A stretch of 64,000 nt of DNA from Octopus vulgaris (Eukaryota): positions 119,846,001-119,910,000 of the forward strand of contig OX597820.1 in assembly GCA_951406725.2 (NCBI GenBank), written 5' to 3'. The notes under the pieces were generated by a model, which saw nothing but the letters and a program-made list of their open reading frames with translations, was not told the origin of the DNA and ran no database searches. Shown one piece after another: positions 1-13,936 of this stretch (position 1 is its first letter; every line of letters begins with the position of its first letter). Both the position numbers and the translations under genes were made by a program.

Positions 1-57
1 TTAAAGGGAAAAATTTGACAAGTCAGTCAGTGACCGGCTGACACTCGCTGACGATAC
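1..57 (+). mobile_element. 3' UTR segment of the same RLE (HERO-like) LINE family as 33570-34200
   Basis: ttaaagggaaaaatttgacaagtcagtcagtgaccggctgacac is the near reverse complement of 33570-33624, which lies downstream of an RLE endonuclease ORF. The element may extend further right. Confidence 0.65.
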
Positions 58-1570
58 ATCGAAGGGGCCAGGGAACAGAAGAAAGAAGAAGAAAGAAGAC
101 ATGCACCTAACACCAGAGCTAGAGACACCCCCGAAATGGGGGTCCCCGCCACGTCAAAACGGTAGAGGTGTAGGGGGCGAAACCGGACGTGGTTCCTCCC
201 GATGATGTCTTGAGCTAACTGGATTCTATAAAGGAGCTGTTGTGGTAGCAGAACACGAAACACTGTTGTAATTCTCCCCATCGTTGCAGCTAATCGACAA
301 TACACTATTCTAGATAACATCAGTGCTGAGTGTTACATCGGTGACGATGTTGCTTAACTTTTACACGGCAACATATATATTTGACTGACATTTAAGGACA
401 GCTTTCTGACATAAAATTTTTATCTGAATTGACCCTTATCTTCATCCCAGTTTTTTATTACATGGATGTTTCACCTAAAACATACTACTGACACCTTTCT
501 TGCCTTAACGCATTTAAATTTCCGAGAGATATTAATGTACATAGACAACTTTTCTCGCTAATTGTAGCTTAAAGAAATCCAGGCGATCTATTTTACGCAG
601 TTCGAAATATCTCAGCAAGGTGACGATTTTATCTTCTCAAGTCCTGAAATTCAAGTGTCACCGTTTGTGTCTGTGTGGTCACTTGTTAACTTTCTGTATA
701 TTTTCGGTGTAATATCAACAGCCGTAATTTCCCGAGTCTCTAATACTATTTCGTGAAATATACTCACATTTCTTGGCCTCATTCAATTGCAGTGCAGTTC
801 AGAATCACCAGACAGAATGAACCTCTTTTGTACTTTTTTATGATAGGCACAATTTATGGAGAAAATGTATGAGTTGATTAGGTCCGATATAATGTTGTTT
901 AATATCGTTTAATGATCGAAGCAAACATTAATTACGGCAGTCAGCCAGAACCGATTATCGAGTTTGTCGAGTGCTTTATACTGACTAAAATGAAGTAACC
1001 CAACTCTGCAGCCTAATATTTCCCGCCTATTTTTGTGATAGAGAAATGTTGGTTGCCCTGAATTAAACTTCCTAACTACAATATTCCCTTCGAAGCGTAT
1101 AACACAAGCGAACGGAAGTGAATTTCTAAGTGAAATCCTAAACCTATATCTTTAATTTTGCATGTAATAGAGATGGAAAAATCGGCCTGAAATTTCCATA
1201 AATTCTTATGTCAGTACTCTTCCATAACTGCGTCACAAATAGTCGCTGACAACGTACATTATGAATTTGTCACAGACATACACGCCAGTGTCCTCATCAA
1301 ATTGGAATTTTTGACTTCCTCTATTGTCCTTATTTGCTAAACAAATAGAAATACTGTATAGATAAAACTAGGATTGCCCACTTTTCTTTTTAACAACTTA
1401 ATCCAGGATTTGTACATTAAATAAATCTATACGATCCATGGAAATACCTGAGCAAGGTGATAATTTTATCCTTTCCCTTTTCACTTCTTACTTATCAATT
1501 ACATTTTGAATCTACCAGTTCAGTCATGCAGTAATATAAATGAACCTGTTATTCTAGGCGTCCATATATA

Positions 1571-1986
1571 GGCGCAGGAGTGGCTGTGTGGTGAGTAGCT
1601 TGCTAACCAACCACATGGTTCTGGGTTCAGTCCCACTGCGTGGCATCTTGGGCAAGTGTCTTCTGCTATAGTCCCGGGCCGACCAATGCCTTGTGAGTGG
1701 ATTCGGTAGACGGAAACTGAAAGAAGCCTGTCATATATGTGTATATATATGTATGTATATGTGTGTGTGTGTGTGTTTGTATGTCTGTGTTTGTCCCCCT
1801 AGCATTGCTTGACAACTGATGCTGGTGTGTTTACGTCCCCGTCACTTAGTGGTTCGGCAAAAAGAGAACCGATAGAATAAGTACTGGGATTACAAAGAAT
1901 AAGTCCCAGGGTCGATTTGCTCGACTAAAGGCGGTGCTCCAGCATGGCCGCAATCAAATGACTGAAACAAGTAAAAGAGTAAAAGA
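1571..1986 (+). mobile_element. tRNA-derived SINE family A, full length
   Basis: Head ggcgcaggagtggctgtgtggt...ggttcagtccc with A/B-box-like motifs, CORE-like cttgggcaagtgtctt, internal TA/TG microsatellite, (gagtaaaa)n tail. Many copies in the window. Confidence 0.9.
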
Positions 1987-2140
1987 GAGAGAGAGAGAGA
2001 GTATATCATCAAAGATATATTGCTTCACTGATTGCCCACTCCAAATAAAAACATATTTATTAATGCATATATATATATATATATATATATATTTGCTGTC
2101 TAGATAAAAAAAATGGCTGGAAAATACAGACAAACTTTTC

Positions 2141-2535
2141 TCCCGAGACGCGGCATTCTACAGCCATCATATACATATCTCTGGACGAGCAGATTTAATG
2201 GACACGGTCCTTTACGAAGAAGAGAGAACTCTTCCCGGCTTGCAACTGCTTCAAGTGACCACCGGCCTCGACGACGGATGCGTAAGGAGTGCATCGCACC
2301 CCGCTGGCGAACAGGCACTCTTCAAGTTCGGTTTCGGGAATATTAACCCGTTTACCTTAAGATGTGTTCGTTCGTTTGTTCGACTGAGACGACTACAGAT
2401 CCGGCGCCTTTCAAGGAGCTTTCACTAGCTTCTTAGGAACGACTGGTATGTGCTCGACCGCCGTTGGCAGGGGTCCCTCTCAACTTCGGTCTTCGAAGGT
2501 CTCGTTCGAATATTTGCTACTACCACCGAGATGCA
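2141..2535 (-). pseudogene. 28S rRNA: 28S (LSU) rRNA fragment / pseudogene
   Basis: The minus strand reads ggtggtagtagcaaatattcgaacgagaccttcgaagaccgaagt...cctaag...gggttaatattcccgaa...ccgggaagagttctctcttctt. These match conserved LSU motifs in the correct order. It is an isolated ~400 bp piece with no rDNA context. Confidence 0.85.
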
Positions 2536-3068
2536 GACAATGTTATTTCAAAAGTTACATTCTAAAGATAGCTTTTATGAGTAAGTGAGAGGAAAACTCG
2601 GCGACGACTCATGGTTTTCAGAAAGAAACAGTAAAGAGTTTCGTCAGGATAATGATCAGGTTGGTTGGTGGGATAAGGTACTAACGTTCTCACCAATTCA
2701 GGTCATAATATAGTGATATTAGCAGTCACTGTCCAAATTGAGATGAAGCAAATATTAGTGTCTGTACAATATTTTTCATCGCTTGAAATTATTGGTCTGC
2801 GGATTATTGTGCATCATCCCTCATCACGTGCCAGAGGTTTCATATGCTTAAACAGTCCTACAGGATTTTATTTTCTGTTAGATCCTGTGATATACGAGAT
2901 ATAGTCCTATACTGTAATGGTTTCTATTTCGTAAATGTTTTAGTGTGAAACTAATCCCAAAAATAAGCTACTTTATTCTGATTCAATTATGAGTCCACCG
3001 ATTCCTATAGAGGAAACAACTGTATGGTAGTGAAATTAAAAAGGAAATCGTTTATTTCTTTGATATAC

Positions 3069-3117
<49 letters not shown>

Positions 3118-3118
<1 letters not shown>

Positions 3119-3529
3119 GCGCAGGAGTGGTTGTGTGGTAAGTAGCTTGCTTACCAACCACATGGTTCCGGGTTCAGTCCCACTGCGTGGCACTTTGGGC
3201 AAGTGTCTTCTACTATAACCTCGGGCCGACTATAGCCTTGTGAGTGGATTTAGAAAACGGAAACTGAAAGAAGCCCGTCGTATATATGTATGTGTGTGTA
3301 TATATGTTTGTGTGTCTGTGTTTGTCTCCCCCCCTCCAACACCGCATGACAACCGATGCTAGTGTGTTTACGTCCCTGTAACTTAGCGGTTCAGCAAAAG
3401 AGACCGATAGAATAAGTATTAGGCTTACAAAGGATAAATCCTGGGGTCGATTTGCTCGACTAGAGGCGGTGCTCCAGCATGGCTGCAGCCCAATGGCTGA
3501 AACGAATATAAGAGTAAAAGAGTAAAAGA

Positions 3530-3530
<1 letters not shown>
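3118..3530 (+). mobile_element. SINE family A, full length
   Basis: Colinear with 1571-1986 and ends in gagtaaaagagtaaaagag. Confidence 0.9.
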
Positions 3531-3572
<42 letters not shown>

Positions 3573-4067
3573 TCGAAGAATCGGCCACGTGAGTTTCAAT
3601 CCAAGCCAACATGATTTGGATAAAATACACCCTACCGTTCGGCCATGAAGTACGATACCATGATATTGTTATCTCGATTCCGCGTGACATTCATTGCAAT
3701 CTATATTTAAATAAGATCTGTTGATACCGTGGCTTTTTACAATTATTTCATTAACAAAATATAAACATATTTCTGCTTTACTCTCTCTGTATGCTTCTGT
3801 ATACAAGCCCAATGAATATCATGTGACAGAAACTTATTTGCATGAATAAGATATGTGGAAATTGTGTATATAAAAATGACATATTTTAGGTATATCTCTA
3901 CATTCGTACTGTATATATTTTATGTGTGTGTATATATATATACGCGCATACGCGCATACACATACGCACATATGAATATGTATGCATGCACACAGATTCG
4001 TGAAGATATTACACTGACTCAGAATATCATAACGCCACTCTCATTGTCTGTTTGCCTTTCTGTTTCT

Positions 4068-4182
4068 CTATACCTCCGCCCCTCTTCCTATCTCTACCTC
4101 CGCCTTTCCTATCTTTACCTCCTATTTTTCCTACCTTTACCTCCTACCTTTCCTATCTTTACCTCCACCCCTCTTCCTATCT
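4068..4182. repeat. pyrimidine-rich ~20-bp minisatellite
   Basis: Repeats of acctcc(g/t)...ttcctatct(c/t)t. Confidence 0.6.
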
Positions 4183-4736
4183 ATAACTATCTAGAACCAG
4201 AGATAATATTCTGCAAGCTGATCGAACAACTGTCAATATAAAGACAGTAGAATCTAAACTGAAAATGATCTATGATATTGACGTTTGCTGTAGCTGATTA
4301 TTTGAATAAACGAATCTCACATCTTCACATTCTTTAATCAACTTATTTCCTCAACATTGGTCTATAGCGAAAGTGTCACACCTCGCTGGTTAGTACTCTA
4401 ACATTAGGAAATGTTCAAAGAAAACTTCTAAAAGCTCTCTTAAAAGACGATGCTTCAGACGCAACCGACCGTTACAACCGTTTCTTTTCATGTATATTCT
4501 TTGACGTATGTATGTTGGTTTATATAGATCTGGTCATTTATCCTGGCATATGTGACTATATGTAGAATTATTCATGATTTATCTATGCGTATATAAACTT
4601 ACACATACAAGCAGACACAAACTTATACGTGACTGTTAATATGTATACAATATGATTCGTATATATACACACACATATACACATCTCTCTCTCTCTATAT
4701 ATATGTAAGCATATATATGTGCATATATATATGCAC

Positions 4737-4782
<46 letters not shown>

Positions 4783-5275
4783 ATACATATATATAATCGA
4801 GGTATTTTATATGTATATATATATAAATATATTCATATATATATATATATATATATAAATATATACATATGTATATATCCATATGTATACATGTACATAG
4901 ATACATGTGTGTATCTGTATATATATAAATATATATATATGTACCTATATACACAAATATATATATATATATATAAGTGCGTGAGTGTGTGTATAAACAC
5001 ACATACACACACTCACATACACACACTCACATACACACGCACGCCCATATATATATGTTATGATTTTACAACAGAATGTCTAATTATATGTATATTTGGA
5101 CTTACGCGTCACTGAAATTGTTGGAACATGATGTGTTAATTTATGGTTATTATCTCTACCTACACGCACACAAAATTCACACAGATATATGATACATATG
5201 TGAATTCCTGTTCATATACAGAAATATAATACACAAACGTCTGTTGCATGTATATATATATACATAAATACATAA

Positions 5276-5338
<63 letters not shown>

Positions 5339-5677
5339 TGAATATCTAATGTATGCATTTATGCTATATATATATATATATATATTTATATATAGATATA
5401 CGTATGTGTATGTACATATATATGTGTGTGTATGTTTGTGTATGTGTATGTGCATATATATAGATATGTATTTATATACATGCCAATATAATGTGTGCAA
5501 GAATGTGCAGATGCGTGTGAAACTCTGCGATGCTTCGGCTTTTAAGAGTCTAAAACTAACACATACTTATCGCATTGTCCATGTGTGCATTTCTTTCTCG
5601 GTGTTAAAATCTGCCACATATTCAAAATAACGTCGATATACTTATTGATTCTTTAATTTCATTATCATATCTCCAAA

Positions 5678-5710
<33 letters not shown>

Positions 5711-5727
5711 CTTTTGGCGTGAACTAC

Positions 5728-5779
<52 letters not shown>

Positions 5780-5781
<2 letters not shown>

Positions 5782-6045
5782 TATATTAAATTAGAGTTAA
5801 AACCACTATTAGGCAAATCAAACAGTGAAAATCATAAACCAATACATAGAAATAAAATTAAATAATAAAAAATATATAAAATATAAAATTCAAAATTTAA
5901 AATATTTCAAAATTTAAAATTTCAAAAATTATTTAGATTAATAATTTATACTTATAAATTTTTAAATATATATATTGGATTTAACCTTAAATCTAATTTT
6001 TCCCTGTAAGTTTGGATTTACTCCCTAATATTATTATTATTAATT
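5780..6045. mobile_element. short AT-rich module inside (TA)n, same family as 18735-18885
   Basis: 5975-6035 is the reverse complement of 18738-18798. attagagttaaaaccactatt also matches attagagacaaaaccactatt at ~18826. Confidence 0.6.
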
Positions 6046-6125
6046 ATATATATATATATATATATACATACATGCATACATACATACATATAATCACACA
6101 CACACACATATATATTTTATGTATG

Positions 6126-6159
<34 letters not shown>

Positions 6160-6471
6160 TGTATGTATGTATGTATGTATGTGTGTGTGTATTGACATAT
6201 ATTTGCACGTAGTTCACGCCATAAGATTTTAGAATATGGATATGAGAAACAAGAAATTAATCGAGAAACATAATTCATGAAACCCATGTATACTTCGATT
6301 AAATTCTTCTTCTTCTTCCGATTAACGTTAACAAACTTGAGTATTAGAAACCAGAGATCAGCATATGTTTTCGTAATCTGACGAATCAGCCACAGAGTTG
6401 GTTTTAGCATCTGGAGAAGCGGCAATGTCAGGACAAAAGAGGATGAATGGAAACACTTGAAGCGATTGGGT

Positions 6472-6841
<370 letters not shown>

Positions 6842-7189
6842 TGCTTCTCTGCACAGTGCCTGTTTGAATAATGGTGTGTACCTTGTCAGTGATGAGCAAC
6901 AGTGATATTGGTCCGCATAATCTCAGCTCCATCTCAAGTAACTACAACCTCAGCGGCAGCAGCAGCAGCAGCAGATACAGCAGCAGATACAGCAGCAAAA
7001 ACGCAAGCAAGAACGAGAGCAAGATGATCGGTTGTAGTAATAGCAATTGTGCAAATAATACCATTACTGGAATTAGTACCAGTAAGCGTCGCTGAATAGT
7101 GTTATCGTTGGTAACAAGAATGTCGGAACCTAGTTTAGGTCAACCATTAGTTTAATATTAACCGTCCATTATTTTTAGACATTTATGTG

Positions 7190-7585
7190 TGTAGGAGTAG
7201 CTATGTGGCAAGTAGCTTGCTTACCAACCACATGGTTCCGGGTTCATTCACACTTCGTGGCACCTTGGGCATGTTTCTTCTACAATAGCCTCGGGCCGAC
7301 CAAAGCCTTGTGAATGGATTTGGTAGACGGAAACTGAAAGAAGCCCGTCATATATATGTATATGTATGTATATATGTTTGTGTGTCTGTGTTTGTCCCCC
7401 CAACATCGCTTGACAACCGATGCTGGTGTGTTGACGTCCCCGTAACTTAGCGGTTCGGCAAAAGAGACCGATAGAATAAGTACTAGGCTTACAAAGAATA
7501 AGTCATGGGGTCGATTTGCTCGATTAAAGACGGTGCTCCAGTATGGAGACAAAAATGACTGAAACAAGTAAAAGAGAGTAAAGAG
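7190..7585 (+). mobile_element. SINE family A
   Basis: Colinear with the other family A copies. Confidence 0.9.
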
Positions 7586-8199
7586 ATTGTTTTTGAAAAG
7601 GAATGATCTTTTGATCAGCAAATCTGGTAGATTTCTTGGGATAGAATGGCAGGATATATAGCATTACTGTTGTTACCACATTTGAAAATGCTTTATCTGA
7701 AAGATGATGTACATGTTGTTAGTTGTCCATCAACTGGATGGTTAGGGGCCAAAGGAATCTTGTAAAATTGCAGAGTTTGCCAGTCGACGTCTATACAAAT
7801 ATCTCAGCATCATTCATGGTTGTTGGATGAGTTTCAAATCATCTGTAGTATGAGAAATACGGCAAAGCAAATTAGATTATTACAAACTGAAAGTACGATG
7901 ACAGCTTTAATTATAATCAGGAAGCCATGATGAGCCACTGAGAATTTCTCGCTATTATTATGACATAACACGACGATAGAGGTTTGCATGATAAATATAG
8001 GGCAGATTATCAAAATAAAGACAAAACTGTCGAGGACACATCTTTTCTGGTTTGGATGCTTTGTTATGTACGGAGCTGCTGTGGAAACCACAATTCACCA
8101 GAATATTTCGATTGGTTTTAATGGAGAAAATCCCAGCTATGTGCACGTAGAACCTTCCTAACAGCTGTAAACAATTTGTGGCATTTACTTATTTCTTTG

Positions 8200-8400
8200 T
8201 ATTAGATGGGTAAATATTGGGACCATGAAATTCTAGTTTCCCAAGAAGAGTAAAAGCAGAACCTTTAAAATTTTGGCATGGTAATCTTTGATGAAGTCTA
8301 ACAGGACGAAACCGATGTCACTATCCTTCTTGTAAAATCATATTAATTATATACTCTATGCAAGTATTGAGTAATTCTTCAGGTTAATGTAGAATTGTAT
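8200..8400 (+). mobile_element. Penelope-like pLTR fragment with minimal hammerhead core
   Basis: 8288-8319 reads tTGATGA a gtct aaca ggac GAAAC cgat GTC. It is followed by gtattgagta, a motif shared with the modules at 21429, 22011 and 42480. Confidence 0.65.
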
Positions 8401-9431
8401 GTAGTATAACTCAACATCAAATAAACCAACAACATACATGTGTATGGGTGTGTATGTGAGTGTGTATCATACATAATCACGTGTGTTCATGTTATGTATG
8501 AATTCGAAGAAAGATTATCTTAATTGAAATTGTTAATTACATATAAGAAATCTTAAAAAAATAAAAGGGAAAAACTAAATGGCACAAATACTTTTGAAGC
8601 AAGTTTTCGCGTTGTGTAAGCGTTCTCACAGTTTACAGAAAAAAGTTGATTATATTTGCGGAACTTACTATTTCCGGTTTGCATTTGAATCTAGGGTTAT
8701 TAATATTCCATTTTCACGATTTCCTAGATGTTTACTACGTAGAACATTTCTGGGAAACGATCCCTTTATCTGTTGTTTATGCACTCCAGAAAGTTCACGG
8801 TACATTTTGGGGACGTGATAAAATAGATAAAATATATAAAACATTTCGCTTGATAATTTATATTTGTATCAACATCAAATTCCTACCCATTTTATATTTT
8901 TCTGTTGCCCTTCTTTAATCAGTTCACACGTGCCACTACAACCGTCTCAGTATTTTCCTATCTGGATTATTTTTTCCTTACACAAATTTCACCTTTAACC
9001 GTCTTTTAAAATTTAGTCGTTGTTTCCAGATGTTAATAAGTTGTAATTTTGTAATAATTTATCTGGGATTTGCTGACAGATGTAGAATTGAAAGATATCC
9101 TTTGGTCAAATATAAGATGCTATGGGGCATAAGATTAGGAGTGGAACCGAAATGGAATATATTTTTACTTTTGTATTCAGCCTCATCGTGAGGGTCTTTC
9201 CTCACGGCAGATATTGTGATAACATTTGCTTTATTTTGTGATAACATTTGGCATTATTTTCTACTAAGTTTGGATACACTTTTTCTGAACTTCCATGTTT
9301 TATTCCTACCAGTTGTCTTTCACACAATTATTTAAAATTTAAGGAAACCTTTCTTCAAATATTGCATCTATATCACAAATTTTCTCTAAGAAATTTTGTA
9401 AATGGGTAATATATGTATGTATGTATGTATG

Positions 9432-9467
<36 letters not shown>

Positions 9468-9472
9468 TATAC

Positions 9473-9565
<93 letters not shown>

Positions 9566-9571
9566 CACACA

Positions 9572-9788
9572 TATTTCTTTGTCGCATTTATCACTGATGA
9601 AGGGAAGGTTCTTACGAACTAACTCTGAAATCGGGTCCGATATGGTAATAACGGGATTTTTTTAGAAATTTCTGTCGGCTTTCTTCGAAACACGTGCTTG
9701 TAGTGATAAATTACATGGTTATTGACGTTTGTGTCTATTTTCGGCATATTTTGGGATTGGGAATTTTTTTTGCCCTTACTTATAAATT

Positions 9789-9792
<4 letters not shown>
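9572..9792 (+). mobile_element. short PLE-type module with type I hammerhead, inside (TA)n
   Basis: tatca CTGATGA aggg..gttcttacgaac..ctct GAAA tcgg GTC cgata (9589-9642). Stem I and stem II pairings are visible. Confidence 0.65.
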
Positions 9793-9855
<63 letters not shown>

Positions 9856-9873
9856 TATACATCTATACATATG

Positions 9874-9909
<36 letters not shown>

Positions 9910-10012
9910 CGTGTGTGTGTGTGTGTGTGTGTTTGTGTGAGTGTGTGTGTGTGTGTGTTTGTGTACGTGTGTGTGTATGTGTATAAGATATGCAAATACA
10001 TATATATATATA

Positions 10013-10049
<37 letters not shown>

Positions 10050-10102
10050 TGTCATATATTTCATACATACTCAAATATATATATATATATATATATATAT
10101 TT

Positions 10103-10442
10103 GGACCCCCTTCGGTCATAGTTGATCATAGGATTGCACCTAGAAAGTTCCCCTCTGGGGCACAAATCCAAGCAAGTTTGTTTGTGGGAGACCGACAGTC
10201 GGCCATGCATACCAGCTTCCCCTGTCCGCGTTACCTATATTGTCCAAGATAAACGCAAATGACGACACAGCTTGCCAAGCATTGACAACGTCGTAAGTAA
10301 TTTCTATGGCTGAGTTATCTGCAGCAGCATGAAATGAAGTATCTTGCTCAAGAAAACAATACACAGCACGGTCCGGGAATCGAACTCGCTACCTCATGGT
10401 ATTGAGCCCGATTCTCTAACCACTGAGCCATGCAGCCTCACA
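10103..10442 (-). mobile_element. tRNA-derived SINE family D
   Basis: Minus-strand head gcatggctcagtggttagaga...gagttcgattcccggacc; colinear with 63299-63640. Confidence 0.85.
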
Positions 10443-11672
10443 TTCATGCACATATACATTAATTCACCCGCTTATATATAAATATTTGCTTATGTATTTA
10501 TGTGCGTGCATACGTGTAAGGTTAGATTCGATACAATTTTAAGATACCAAGTTCCAAAGAAGTTTTAATACATGTTATAGACATACCTGTAGGACAAATA
10601 ATTATATTCCTTTATATTTATTCCTTTTAGCTCAAACATTTTGCTTTTAACTGTTTCCAAGTGCATCAGAAACTAAGATTACTGTCAATCTGTCTACGCA
10701 ACATCAAATATTTCATATTTTTCCTACTATTTCCAGAATATCTTCAACATTTCAATATAATACATTTACATTTCAAAATATTGGTTAGTATAATTTATCA
10801 TGTTATGTGTTAAGCATAGGCCACATTTTGCATTATTCAAAAGATATCTCCATAGAGATCAAATTCATCAGATGATGTCTATGACAGATATTATTATTAT
10901 GCTTTTCAAATACATCAAATCGCTCTGAAAGTATAATTGTACGTATATATATATCTACAATAACCTGTAACTAAATTATGTGCTGTTAGCTATGTTGACA
11001 ATAGTGACATTTCTAGTTCCACTTGTTTCTATAGGTCTAATGTCCATAAAGGACAAAAAAAGACGAAATAAAGAATAATTAGAAATTGTGAGATAAAAAT
11101 TGCACGCCTAAGCAGATATGAATTTAAGCTTTAAACCATAGACTTGATTATTTATAAAAGGTTGATCAAAGCATGCAAATTCATCCATGGCCTATATTTC
11201 GAGCGTAAAGGAAGGCGCATTTAGCATGGTGTAACACACAAACGTTTAGTAATGGCCAAGATGTTTACTGAATTTGCAGGAATTTTTCTTTTAGCAAGAA
11301 TCAAATTTAAATTTTGGAGATTATTTCAGTTCAAATTATCATAGGGCAGTTGTTCACGAGTGGCGATTTTCAGTCCAGAGGCGCAGGCCTACACGACTAC
11401 ACAATCTGGCACTTGCTTGAACTGAGGCAAATTAAGCCGTACGAAGTTGGCCTTTGTTCTTCCTAGACCGGATTCAACTTGAGGGCTTCTCCGCGCTTCT
11501 CCCATGGCCCTCAAGGTTCTAGCCCTGCTTCTTCCAGAGATGGACAGCTGTTTCATGAGGCTGTAGGTAGATGAGAAAATAATACTCTGAAAATAATATT
11601 CTGAATTACCTACACTGCATTCGAATTATGATGAGTGCTTAAGACTACAATTACACACACACTCACACACGC

Positions 11673-11706
<34 letters not shown>

Positions 11707-12390
11707 TCACACTTCCTTAGTTTTCCCGTATATAATTGAAGATTCGCTTCAATATATATATATATTGGCATCTATTTAGTGTAATTCTCATTTACGTTTA
11801 CTCGTGTCAACAATGCGGTTGCGGTCATGCTGGAGCGCGTATGCACTATATTCATAAATATTTATTAACTATATGTAATTATGTGTGCACACACACACAC
11901 ACACAGACACAGACACACGCACACTCAAACACACACACACACACACACAGAGGATATGTAAATATATATACATGATCGTGTGCGTGAAAATTCAACTATT
12001 CCTCTTCATAGACTCTAAAAATAATGAACAGCTTCCATCATCTTTTGTAACTTACTGCGTTCTCTTCAGAGTTGAATAAATAAATTTGTGCAATGAAGAC
12101 CTTGTAAGATGCCATTGTCTTTCTATACTGAACGTGTTCATCTGCTATATGACTCGGCTGACTAAATTACAAAAACGAAATCATTTTCTTTTTACACTTT
12201 AATGTCAACGGCTTTCAGCGGAGATGTTAGTCAAGACAATCTCAAAGTATGATACAATATATCTGTAACCTAGGAAGTAGATATATAAACAGAGATGTAA
12301 CCAATCAAGTGAATAAACATCTTTAAAATTGCATTTTCAAACCTTCTTTCATATATATTTCCACTCGTGCGGTACCTTACAACTTCACTT

Positions 12391-12442
<52 letters not shown>

Positions 12443-12447
12443 TTCTG

Positions 12448-12486
<39 letters not shown>

Positions 12487-12504
12487 AACAACTACTAATT
12501 GTAG

Positions 12505-12613
12505 TGAAACAATGTCTCTTGCTCAGCAAAAAACAGGCAGTCCGGTCCAGGAATCGAACTCAGAATCTCACGGTCATAAGCTCGTCGCTCTAACCACTAA
12601 GGAATACGGCTTG

Positions 12614-12615
<2 letters not shown>
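12505..12615 (-). mobile_element. SINE family D, 5' fragment
   Basis: Degenerate tRNA-like head (ttagtggttagagcgacgagc...gagttcgattcctggacc). Confidence 0.65.
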
Positions 12616-12687
<72 letters not shown>

Positions 12688-12963
12688 GTGGTTAGGGCAG
12701 CGGACTCGCGGTCGCAGGATCGCGGTTTCGATTCCCAGACCGGGCGTTGTAAGTGTTTATTGAACAAAAACACCTAAAAGCTCCACAGGGCTCCGGCAGG
12801 GGGTGGTGATCCCTGCTGTACTCTTTCACCACTCTTTCTCCCACTCTTTCTTCTGTTGGCCTGCTCGCTTAGCCAGCGGAGTGGCGTCATTCGAAGGCTA
12901 AAGCCAGCGATGTGTAACAGCATCTGATGGTCTGGTCGCTCACGTGATATCACATGACGTGAT
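12688..12963 (+). mobile_element. SINE family B variant with an alternative 3' half
   Basis: Head gtggttagggcagcggactcgcggtcg...ggtttcgattcccagacc as in 44679 and 34374. The sequence diverges after ~12845. Confidence 0.8.
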
Positions 12964-12972
12964 ATATATATG

Positions 12973-13014
<42 letters not shown>

Positions 13015-13029
13015 CATACATACTATATA

Positions 13030-13412
13030 TGTATTAGTATAGCGCTCAGGAATAGAAAAAGTCTTTTTACGTTTCGAGCCTACGCTCTTCGACAGAAAGA
13101 TACACAGAAAAAAACAAGAAGAGAAACAAGGAGAGAGAAAATGCGTGTAGTAGCTAACGATCTATCATGGCGTCTTGACTTCGGACAATCGTCAGACGCG
13201 AGAGGGACAGTAGGGGAGATAACAGGGTCAAGTGACTTCCAATGCGAAGGTGCCCCCAACACAAAGGTACGTGTATGTATAAGAGAGTATGTATGTGCGT
13301 GTGAAAGAGGGCTGGTGGTCTGGACGTGTGTGTGTATGTATGTGTGGGTGTGTTGGTGGTGTGCTGTGATGTGATATGTGTATGTATGTGTAGGTGTAAA
13401 GATGTGGGGATG
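13030..13412 (-). mobile_element. Penelope-like 3'/pLTR fragment with hammerhead variant
   Basis: Minus strand tcttt CTGTCGA agagc gtag gctc GAAAC GTA aaaaga; homologous to 20850-20930. Confidence 0.7.
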
Positions 13413-13936
13413 GGTATATATATATATATATATATTTGTGTGTGTGTGTGTGTGTGTGTAATTGAATTTCAATACGAATATACAAATAAACATAATTCCT
13501 TCAACAGCAACGCTTGCATGGATTTTAGACGATGGCAAAATGATGGGGAAATTATGCACCTATATAGAGGTTCCATCTATTAGCTTTGATTTACGAGGTA
13601 CGCAATTCCGTCAAAACAGATTACTTTAATTTTACGACTGAAAAAGTAAGGATGATAAACAAAAGCAAATGAGAAAAATAAAGAGCTAAAACGAACCATT
13701 TATATGTAAAAAAAAAAAGCAACCGAACGTTAAATTGAAACGCTGTCTTGTGGGCAACGCGTATTCGCTTTTACGAGATTCCTCAGAAATATGAAATTAG
13801 TCGGAATTGCGTCTTGAGATGTTTTAAGGTGACAGTTATATAAAATTGTATAATGTGTAGCACATTTATTATTTTTTTGTTACTGTATATTGACTGGGTG
13901 TTTTGAATATATTTATGAAGGAATGTAACGAAAGGG

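Noticed and set aside
566-1470. Repeated gaaata.ct.agcaaggtga..attttatc (604-633 and 1441-1470) as duplicated exons
   Set aside because: The match is short, acceptors are weak and there is no recognisable peptide. It could be an old repeat.
1571-1640. tRNA genes at SINE heads
   Set aside because: Each tRNA-like head continues into a multi-copy SINE body, and I could not form a complete cloverleaf.
7620-8170. Possible degenerate RTE-like LINE fragment
   Set aside because: Only a vague peptide resemblance; not supportable without a search.
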